DNA from: Podarcis tiliguerta
Lineage: Eukaryota
Reading direction: 5' to 3' (one strand)
Assembly: GCA_965153285.1 (NCBI GenBank)
Contig: OZ229117.1
DNA length: 64,000 nucleotides
In this document: positions 54,488-64,000 of the stretch, piece after piece
Layout of the letters: every line of letters starts with the position of its first letter
How positions within the stretch are numbered: position 1 is the first letter of the stretch
Notes under the pieces: model-generated
What the model was told of the DNA's origin: nothing
Databases searched by the model: none
Seen by the model: the letters and a program-made list of their open reading frames with translations, nothing else
Made by a program: the position numbers and the translations under genes

Positions 54488-55769
54488 GCCAAGAGTTAAG
54501 AAACACCAAATTCTCAAAGGGAAAGAATTCAGTTCCCTTCAACTTCCACCTACAGCAACATTCTGAGGAGAAGTTTGGAAGTTCCTGCTTGGGAAAAACA
54601 GCTGATGACTGTCAAGAAAAATTAAGCAAGTTTTGATAAGACTACCAAAAAATAAAAAAAAAATGGAGCAGGAGGGGGGAATACAGAGTGCTACTATTGC
54701 ACAGGGCTCACAGACCTGTCTGTGATGCCTTGGTGATGGTTTCAAAGGGGTGCCCCCGCCCTTCTGCCAGATATCACTTCAAGCAAATAGACAACATGTA
54801 CGTTCTTTTCCTCAGGGCCTCACAAACAGGCCTGGGAGCTGCCACCCCCTCAATTTTCCAGCCTCCCTGTCAAATCACATTCCTATCCCTGTCACATCCA
54901 CGACGGCAGCGCAAGGGTTCAGCAAGCGAAGCCGAACGAAGCCATTTGACTCTACAGCATACTTTTAATTTCAATCATCAGGAAATGTCAAAAAGATGTT
55001 AAGAAAGTAGCAATTTATAAAGGCCGCGTCACCAGAGAAGCTGCTGAGAAGTCTGTCAGATGCCGGCATGGCGTTAACTCTGCAATTTCAAGGCTGTGGG
55101 TTTAGACATAAACACCAGAGACAACCAAACTACTGTATACTGGGGGATTGGTCTTATCTTGAGGATGTGAAGCTGGATTTCCTTGGAATAGCACTAAATC
55201 CTAAACCTTCTGCTACTTGGACTCTTTTCCTCAGACTTTCAGAGGAAACGTAAAGGAAGTCAGTTTGGACTCATGGGAAGACCAGTAATCACATCCCAAG
55301 CTTTGAAGTTTGCTGGATGACCTTGAGTCAGCCCCTGTACCTCAGAAAAACCTTCCTCTCAGACTTGCTGCAAAGATAAAATTGGGGGAGGGGGGGTCCC
55401 AACATGTAACATGCAATACAAATAAATTAGATTCAGGAAAAGGCAATATTTAAAAGATATTAAAATATTTAAAATATATTAAAATGTTCATGAGAAGACA
55501 ATATTTAAAATATTGGTTATCAGGTTTACTTGCCATTTGAGAGTTTGTCCTTGTAAAGCAGCTCATTTAAAATGTTAGCCCATGTACTTCTATAATGAAA
55601 CATTTACGGGGATAAAATATTCCAAGTTATCTCTCTAGAACTTTCTTGTCATGTGGGGAACACAGATGAATTCCATGCTTCAATTTTAATAGCAGACTTC
55701 GACATAAGATTGCAGATAACATAGGCAGGTTCTTCACTGTAGCCCTCAAAACTAGACCACCATTATTGA

Positions 55770-56801
55770 AAGGAATATAGACCCGATAAGAGTTTAAAAC
55801 TTAAACCATATGATCAAATTGAAGGTTTTTTTACAGGTTGGGTGCAATATCATCAACAATATTTTTAACGTTGATAAGAGGAAGGTTGGTTTTGAAAATA
55901 AAAAATCAAGATTTCAAATCGATCTGCTGGAAACCAGAGGGAAATTATTATCTAAGTTGTCCAATTTGTTGTTAGAATGGTATACAAAAGATGAGGAAAT
56001 CAAAGAAGTGATGATAAAATGGGCAATAGATTTTGGGCACAATACTGAGTTTTATTCTTTGACAAAATTGTGGAATGAAAACTTGAAATTCACAGCTTGT
56101 ATGACATTAAAAGAAAATGTAATGAAGATGATGCATAGATGGTATTTGACACCAGTAAAGTTAGCTACAATGTATAGGATGAGAGACAAAACATACTGGA
56201 AATGTAAAGAAGCGGACAGAGACTTTTACCATATGTGGTGGATGTGTGACAAAGTGAAAACATTTTGGAAACTGATCTATAATTAATTTAAAAAGATGTT
56301 TAGATATACCTTTCCCAAAGAACCTGAAGCATTTTTGCTAGGTTTGATGGGAGAGGAAATTGTAAAGATAGACCAAAGACTATTTATGTATGCCACAGTA
56401 GCAGCGAGAACTTTAATGGTCCCAAAGTTGAAGTTACAGGAATTACCAATGATTGCGGAGTGGCAGGGAAAGATGATGGACTTTGCAGAATTGGCCAAAC
56501 TGACCTGCAGGATTCGAGACCAGGACGATGAAAAATTTCAAAGGGACTGGAGTAAATTTATTGTATATTTGATTAATAATTGCAAAAATTTGAAGACTCT
56601 AGCAGGACTGAAATAAATCCTACAACGTGGACAATAGGTTAAAGAGCTGAAGTGTGAGATAGGACTTGAAAGTGGAAAACCTGCTGAAGGGAGGGAGGGA
56701 AGCCACAGGCTCGGCAGAACTGAAAGTAAATGTGTATTTTATTGTATTGTTGAAAATATTGTTTAAGGAGAAAAATAATAATAAAATATTTTTTTCAAAA
56801 A
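55770..56801 (+). mobile_element. L1/Tx1-clade LINE 3' fragment (ORF2 C-terminal Cys/His region and 3' UTR)
   Basis: ORFs 55810..56286 and 56296..56616 share a frame, split by one TAA. KMMHRWYLTPVKL..YWKCKE....FYHMWWMCDKVKTFW is the zf-RVT-like signature; A-rich end with aataaaa. Confidence 0.88.
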
Positions 56802-57092
56802 ATGAAGGGAATGTAAGTTCTGAGACAAAATTGCCTGTAATTTTTATATCTGATTGTTTTCAGTTTTTGTTATAGATTTTTTAAAAGACACAATTTGTGT
56901 CCATGTATTTTGTGCTTTTGCTCTTCAGTGGTTGTTTTCATAATCTTATGATTATTATATTGTTTTGGGTTTACTGTCTGGTTATTGCAAATGAGACAGT
57001 TACCATGGTCTTGCTCTAATGCAATACCTGAGCAGAGTCTGGGAATAGACAAAGGAATGTTAATATTTCTTAATTGGCCTGTAAGGTTAGTA

Positions 57093-57786
57093 CCGTATTT
57101 TTCGCTCTATAGGACGCATTTTTCCCCTCCAAAAATGAAGGGGGAAAGTGTGTGCGTCCTATGGTGCAAATGCAGGTTTTCGCTGAAGCCTGGAGAGCGA
57201 GAGGGGTCGGTGCGCACCGACCCCTCTCGCGTTCCAGGCTTCAGGAAGCTATCCGCAGGCTTGCAGACAGCTGCCTACAGCCCGAAGCCCGGGGAGCACG
57301 GCCCTGTGCACCCCGGGCTTCGGGCAGCTCTCCACAAGCCTGCGGAGCCTGGTGGGAGTTCCCGCCGGGCTGCCAAGGCTTGCGGATAGCAGCCTGCTGT
57401 CCCCGAAGCCAAAACAGCGAGGCGGGGCACTGCGCAGCCCTCCGTCTCACTGTTCCAGCATCGGGACGGCTGCGGAAAGCCTCCGCAGGGTGGCGGGGTG
57501 AAGGCACCCTGCCGCCCTACCGGAGGCTACAAAGGATGTCCCCGAAGCCTCAAGCCTTTGGAGTGCAGCTGCGCTCCAAAGACTTCAGGGTTCTTTGAGG
57601 CTGGCAGTGGGGGAAAACAGTGCTTCCCCCCACCGCCAGCCTCACAAGCTCGGGGGGCAGCGGCAAGGCCTGCTCTTGAACGCACCTTGTTTTTGAGGGG
57701 GAGAACAAGACCCCCCCCCCATTTCCCCCCTCCTATGGTCCGGTGCGTCCTATGGTCCGGTGTGTCCAATAGAGCGAAAAATACGG
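57093..57786. mobile_element. Tc1/mariner (pogo/Tigger-like) MITE, family B, long GC-rich form
   Basis: TA|ccgtatttttcgctctat ... atagagcgaaaaatacgg|TA; CpG-rich interior with several internal palindromes. Confidence 0.9.
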
Positions 57787-57878
57787 TATATGCCTCTTGG
57801 GGGAGCTAATTGTTGGAAGAAAATTTCTTGATACAATGTTCTCTCTGGAAAGTGGCGAATACAGAAGGATGATAGCAG

Positions 57879-57945
57879 CATAGAATTGTACAGTTGGAAG
57901 GGATCCTGAGGGTCATCAAGTCCAACCGCCTGCAATGCAGGAAAT
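57879..57945 (-). mobile_element. CR1/Squam3-type 3' tail fragment
   Basis: catagaattgtacagttggaagggatcctgagggtcatcaagtccaacc. Confidence 0.7.
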
Positions 57946-58453
57946 CTCAACACATGGTCCCCCATCCAGTTTGAAACCATACTGGACCCTGCTGAGCTTT
58001 TGCAAGATGTGGGGAGCATTGATTGCTCTGACCACATCCATTTTTGGCAATATGGCCCACCCCTCCACTGGAGTCTACTATGTGGCAGCAGCAAATAATT
58101 TTTATTTCTCCTTTGCATCTGCAAAGTGTTGGGGAACAGTTACTCCAAGCAGGGGGCCTAATTATGCAGCACCCAAAAAAGAAAATATACATTGGCATTA
58201 TGCAAGGCATAGATGCAAATTTAGAATTACTAAAATAAGAAGTGCATCTCACCGTGGTGAGGAAGACTAGATAACCTGTATGCCTGCTCAGTCTGTTCTC
58301 CAGATGCTCGCTGTTGACAGGAAACTACTTCAAGGACCCTGTTCTCCCTTCTTAAGAGTCCTTTAACTTTATAGCGAACTTGGACTGGACAGCTATTTAA
58401 ATAGACAGCTTCCTTCTGGAAAGTAGGACACACGATCACCCAAGTGGCGATTT

Positions 58454-58560
58454 CAGCCTTCCCCAACCTGGCACCCTCCAGATGTTTTGGAATACAGCTC
58501 CCATCACTCCCGGACAGGGTGACAGAGTTGTAGTCTAAAACATCTGGAGGACACAAGGTT
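58454..58560. mobile_element. Palindromic hAT-like MITE
   Basis: cagccttccccaacctggcaccctccagatgttttgga ... tctaaaacatctggagg. Confidence 0.65.
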
Positions 58561-58591
58561 CTACGTGGTGTACTTTTGCTTGTTTTTAGTA

Positions 58592-58817
58592 CAGTGGTAC
58601 CTCGGGTTAAGCACTTATTTCGTTCCGGAGGTCTGTACTTAACCTGAAACTGTTCTTAACCTGAAGCACCCCTTTAGCTAATGGGGCCTCCTGCTGCCAC
58701 CGCACCACCAGAGCATGATTTCTGTTTTCATCCTGAAGCAAAGTTCTTAACCTGATGCACTATTTCTGGGTTAGCGGAGTCTGTAACCTGAAGCGTATGT
58801 AACCTGAAGTACCACTG
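58592..58817 (+). mobile_element. Tigger-like MITE (family A)
   Basis: TA|cagtggtacctcgggttaa ... aacctgaagtaccactg|TA. Confidence 0.9.
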
Positions 58818-60821
58818 TATTAGAATGGCTGTTTTCTGCTTTTAGTTTGGTTGCTGGCTTTATAAACCAGTCTGGAGCTGATGAAGAAGGAACAGACCAC
58901 TCTCTCTTCCACCAGCCTGTTTAGTTGATATGTGGGCTTTCAGGAAAGAAAAGCCTCTTCCACCACAACTAGCACAGCAGCACAGTGGGTTGTGGATAAT
59001 CTCATCTTCCCTGCACCAGTACAACTGGTAGAAAGCTAATTTTTTATCAGCATAATAAGACACTAGGAGCCTGCATTTCTCTTGCAAACCTGGTCCTTGC
59101 AAGGGGGTACTTCCCTCCTCTTAGCAGACTAATAAAGAATATGCAGCCTAGTAAATTGGTGGGAATATTTACAAGTCGGTTTCATACTGCCTGCTTTTAT
59201 TGTGGTTTTACAATAGTTTTGTATCATGCATTTGATTTTCATAGTTGGGCATTTTTTTGTAATTCTTGTAAAGCTCTTTTGTGTATCATTTGGTAATATA
59301 AAGTGGGAGGGGTATAAACAGCTGCTGCCACTGGGGATGGAAAACAATAAACACATGAGGGCGCAGCGTCTAAGAACAGGAAAAGAAAAACAGAGCACCT
59401 TACTTTTCCAATCAATCCACTAAAAATAATTTTGCATTCACAATCCTGGCTAAGAAGCACTTTGCAGATGGATCTGTCCATAAGAAGAATTTCTTACTGC
59501 AGAGGAAAATAGAAAGAGGGGGAGGGAGAGAAAATAGATTTTCCCCAAAGCTGACAACCTGGAAGGCAATAAATTCTTCATCAGCTGTAATAGGCAGGAG
59601 CTTGGATTATATTGGATGGTGATGAGACCAGTCAGAAGGCATGGGAAAGAGACGAAGGAGCCACAGGAGACTTCATTCACACTAAATAATCTGGTTTGGG
59701 TTGGTGGTTGCTCAGTCTGAGTTTGATCAGCCATCCTCAATTTAAAATTCTGCATTTCAAAGCAGGGAGGGCAGGAGAGGGTTGGAGGGAAGAGTTGTGA
59801 AGGTTCATCACAATTCTCCCCACTTTTCCTCTCCAGCGGCCTTTGTTAAATACAGAAAGGAATTTATATTTTAGCAAATCCCAGACCAGCACCTTGGAGC
59901 CGTGCAGGCCACACATTCAGCATGCATCCCTGGACTCCCACAATGACTGCACATGACAATGTGTGGCTGTTCCTCCTCTTGTGACTGTTCTGAGAATATA
60001 TATGGGGGGGGGGAGAGAATACCAAATACAACTTCAGCCCCCAGATCTTGGGGGGAACTCAGCAGTTCCTTTTGAGAGCTGTCAGGTTACGAGATGTACA
60101 TGTTTTTCCCCACCTGCTGGGTGACCAGCATGCTTCAGCTCTTAAGGCAGACCAGGTGCAGGGAGGGGAGAGGAGGATGCAGAAAGCAGTTGCCTAGCAA
60201 CCGAAGGACACATTCCTTGCAAGCCTCTGAAGAGCATCACTGCAGCAACAGAACTGTACACCTCCCATCTCACTGTCAGAAGCTGCTCCTCCCCATGCTG
60301 GAGAGGGCAAGGCAAAGGCAAGGCAGGGCGGAAACAGAGGTAGGTCTACTGCAGAGAACAACAGCTCTTTGTTGCCCAGATGATGAGCAAGCCTAACCTG
60401 GAAGCATTCACAGGCGTCAGGAGAATGCAGAAAACCTATGGTACAACTTTAAAGGTTTGGATGAAAACCTTTATTTTGGAAAGCCAACCAGCCTTATTTC
60501 AAACCTATCACTTGCTCAGGCCTGGTCTCTCTCTTTCTCTGTGTAGCTCAATTACCATCCCTGTCTGAAGTTGGAATCAGTTGCCCATTCACATATTTTC
60601 AATTTCTTCTCCGATGGCCTAAGTATACTTAAATACTTTCAAAATGGTGAAGGGAGCTTTGTACATTTTCCTCTTCATGGGTAATGTCCACCTTCCTCTG
60701 TTTTTCGCTGAAACCCAATAAAGCTTCACAACATTTATGTTATTTCCAAAACATCTTTTTCTGTTACACTGTTTTGCTATAATGTTGGGAGTTGTTTTGA
60801 TACTTTGTTATTTTTGGATGA

Positions 60822-60982
60822 TGTAGGAAGCTGCCTTATACAGAGTCACATCACTGGTCCACCTAGTTTAGCCCAGTTTACACTGACTAGCAGGATTCCA
60901 GGGTTTTCAGATAGGGAATCCTCGTCAGCCCTACATGGAGATGGAAGGGAATGAACCAGGCACTGTCCACATGCAAGCAGGT
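60822..60982 (-). mobile_element. Squam2-like SINE, truncated by an (AAT)n-tailed repeat
   Basis: taggaagctgccttatacagagtcacatcactggtccacctag...cactgactagcag. Confidence 0.7.
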
Positions 60983-60984
60983 CC

Positions 60985-61019
<35 letters not shown>
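60985..61019. repeat. (AAT)n microsatellite
   Basis: Read directly; explains the poly-Ile and poly-Leu ORF artefacts. Confidence 0.95.
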
Positions 61020-61021
<2 letters not shown>

Positions 61022-61170
61022 TTTTATTTATACCCCACCCTTCCCGGTTCAAAAACCAGGCTCAGGGCAGCTAACAACAAATTTAAAACACTTAATTATA
61101 AAAGCAGCATAAAATACAGTATAAAAACATGAATAACAATAAAATTCAAAAATCAATTTAGGGGAAATAA
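61019..61170 (-). mobile_element. L2-type 3' end associated with the (AAT)n tract
   Basis: tttatttataccccacccttccc...ctcagggcagctaacaac directly follows the microsatellite tail. Confidence 0.55.
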
Positions 61171-61843
61171 GCATTAGATAATCCCTATCAGCCCCAAGTA
61201 GCATGAACAGTTGCCAGGAATGATGGGAGTTGTGATCCAAAAGTTCTGGAGGGCACCAGGTGGGAGAAGGCTGCTAGAGAACTCCTCACTCTCCTCTCGA
61301 ATGTGTCCACAACCATTTTTCTTTTGAGGATGGCTTTAAAACTTTTGAAATGACTTTTTCCAATTGAGAAATGAAACCTCCTGCTCTGCCCCTCTGCCAA
61401 ACGTTCAGAAATAAGCTAGTATTAAAGCACGGACCATTTTCATGTTACTTGTTGATCTTTCCCCCCATCTTTCCCTCCATCTGTTTGAAGCCTATAAACC
61501 CTGATTGCCATGAATAAATCTCATTTCACTTTTTAATCACCAGAAGTTTATGCCTAAGGACTTGATTCCCCACCCCAGTCCTACCCACTTCCATGCTGAG
61601 TCTACTCTCATAAAGTGTTTGGAACTAGAAATGGACAAACCACCCAGGGCTCACATCAGACGGGATCAGAAATGTGCCAAGTCACCTTTAAACAACTATA
61701 ATAGATGAGGAACAGCTATTTCCAAGCCACTGTGAATTTGACCACCACCACCCCTTCTCACACGAACTGCTGTCAGGGATCACTTGCAAGCTCCCCAGGG
61801 CTGCACCTATAAACAATTTTTGGAGAGATTCCCACAAAAAGAG

Positions 61844-62041
61844 AATTTGGGGGCAAGAGGGCAGTCTCCAAGGAGTCTCCTCCCCCCCACACACCCAGAA
61901 GCTTCTACAGTTACAGTTCCTTCAAATTGCCCTCTCTGGGGCAATTTTGGGGCAAGAGGGCAGTCTCCAAGGAGTCCCCTCCCCCCCCCACACACACCCA
62001 GAAGCTTCTACAGTTACAGTTCCTTCAAATTGCCCTCTCTG
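61844..62041. repeat. Direct tandem duplication, about 99-bp period, two copies
   Basis: ggggcaagagggcagtctccaaggagt...cagaagcttctacagttacagttccttcaaattgccctctctg occurs twice. Confidence 0.95.
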
Positions 62042-63087
62042 CGGTTCTGCTAGACTAGACGGGGTTTGAAAGATACTTTACCCATAAAACACTCCCTCAG
62101 AGGACCCTTGGAGCAAGATTTATTTTATTTATTTCAGAAATTTATATACCACTGAGCACCATAGTGTCGAAGCAGCGTACAAGGTAACAAAGGACACAAC
62201 AGATATAAAATCAGTTAAAATTAACCATAAAATCAGAAAACGTATTGAAAATGCCAGCTGAAATAAACAAAGGTATTCACCAAGCAAGTTCAACATAGAG
62301 GGTCCTGTTTGATCTCAGCCAGGAGGGAGTTCCACAGGATTGGGTCCCCAGTATTGAACCAACAGCTCCTGATGGATATGAGCCTTATGCCTGAGCTGTG
62401 GGGTACCACTAACAGTGGCAGTGCTCCAACCAGGGCAGAGTGACTTGGAAATGAGTTGAACTAGAGATCTGAGTTTTCCCTTTGCATCAGTGACTTTTAC
62501 AGCTGCCAAAGTCAGCCACAAATTGTAGGAGCTATACAAGCCTCCCTGGTCCCTGGCTCCCCTTGATAGATTTATGTAGCCAAGAGACATCCCAAGGAGA
62601 CTTCTCCTTGGCCAAAGAAAGTTGTCATTTGGGTTTTCAGGGCCTGGTGGGTCAAACCAAGACTTCTCTGACTCAGAGATCATTCCAAGTTGGCAAAAAA
62701 CTGAGGGCTTTGCAATGCTCACTTCTCCCTTTCCTAGCTACAGGTTATTCCTTGATTTTGAAACACACATGCACATGATTACTGGGGGGGGGGGAGTTGT
62801 TTTATGCTCTTATATAAAGCACCCCACATCCTTTGTTTAGTAGTGAGGCGGCCACAGCAGGTCTAAGTGTTTTGTGCCTAAGCAGAGACTTGGAGCTCCC
62901 CAAACCTGCTTGTGTCAGCCCAGATTTCTGCAGGGGATATTGCATGTCCCATTTTGGCCTATTGCTGCGGAGTCAATCCTCAATGAAGATCTTCCAGTAA
63001 TTTCTTCTTTGGTCAGAGCTGTGTGGAACACACACACACACACTCCACCTGATCTCCCTCTGGTCCCAAGTTCAGGGCTCACCATTA

Positions 63088-63742
63088 TGTGACCAGGCCG
63101 CGACAGCCCCAGCCCCCAGGGATCATAGGAAAGGAATAAAGACTCTGACAATCTGTTATGGAATTAAATTAGGCCACAACTTTATTAAACTTCCAAATGT
63201 AGGAAGACCTTGGCTTAGGCCTTGGGTGTGTACCCCTCCCAGCCCCCCAGCCGGGGGGAACTGGGGCTCATCAGGGTAAATGGGATATGGGGGTGCTCTG
63301 TGAGACGTATGTGTAGATGTGTAGCAGGCAGCCCAGCCCATATCCCCACACGCAGAGTAGTTCACTGACAGCCTTTCGATGTATGGCCAGTGACACCCAT
63401 TATATAACCCCTTTTAAGCGGGGACTCTGGAATCGACGCCGCAGGGGGGTGAGTCACCACTTCATGCCTCCCCCCCCCCATATAGGGAAGAAAAGACAAA
63501 AGGATTCCACCCAAGGCCATAACTGCAAGTTGTAACAAATTGCTACGGGGAAGCCAAAACCTGCCAATGCAGGAAAATTTCGTCCTGGTCCTTCAACAGC
63601 AACCAGTCAAAGACCACAGCAGCGCCCACTAAACAGGAAGAAAAAGTTAACCTGCAAACAAGAAAACATTAAACTAAGAGAGGGGAGGGTGGGTGAATCT
63701 CCTGAGCCAATTGCCTGGCTACTGTCAGCTCCAACCCTTATA
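63088..63742 (-). mobile_element. Second, inverted copy of the probable DIRS/Ngaro-type remnant
   Basis: Reverse complement reads ggttgctgttgaaggaccagg...cctgcattggcaggttttggcttccccgtagca...ttaataaagttgtggcc...gcctggtcaca; abuts the Tigger-like MITE at 63743. Confidence 0.55.
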
Positions 63743-63984
63743 TAGTGGTACCTCTGGTTAAGAACTTAATTCATTCCGGAGGTCCGTTCTTAACCTGAAA
63801 CTGTTCTTAACCTGAGGTACCACTTTAGCTAATGGGGCCTCCTGCTGCTGCTGCGCCACCACCATGCAATTTCTGTTCTCAACCTGAGGTAAAGTTCTTA
63901 ACCCAAGGTACTACTTCCAGGTTAGAAGAGTCTGTAACCTGAAGTGTTTGTAACCCGAAGCGTTTGTAACCTGAGGTACCACTG
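63743..63984 (+). mobile_element. Tigger-like MITE (family A)
   Basis: TA|tagtggtacctctggttaa ... aacctgaggtaccactg|TA; first base shows a C>T change. Confidence 0.88.
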
Positions 63985-64000
63985 TATATAAATGGGACTG

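Noticed and set aside
56985-57809. Overlapping GC-rich ORFs or a CpG-island promoter of a nested gene
   Set aside because: The GC-rich sequence is bounded by TIRs and TA duplications; the ORFs reflect low stop-codon frequency in GC-rich DNA.

Overview
Vertebrate genomic DNA, almost certainly from a lacertid lizard (Podarcis/Lacerta/Zootoca-type), judged by its Sauria/Squam1, Squam2 and Squam3-like SINEs. The whole window lies inside one large minus-strand gene of the CSMD family, best matching CSMD2. Only two coding exons are present: 49075-48859 (217 nt) and 16621-16509 (113 nt), both with canonical AG/GT boundaries. Together they encode the first CUB domain (110 codons) across a 32,237-nt intron. 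The rest is intronic. It holds Tc1/mariner (Tigger/pogo-like) MITEs with TA target-site duplications (TSDs), hAT-like palindromic MITEs, five Sauria SINEs with TSDs, L2, CR1 and L1 LINE fragments, a solo LTR with a 5-bp TSD, two inverted copies of a probable DIRS/Ngaro-type remnant, microsatellites, and several repeat-free blocks that look like conserved non-coding elements. I found no convincing new protein-coding system. The most interesting hypothesis is that inverted repeats flanking the phase-symmetric 330-nt CUB1 exon pair could drive back-splicing into a stop-codon-free circular RNA. Family names come from recalled motifs, not database searches.
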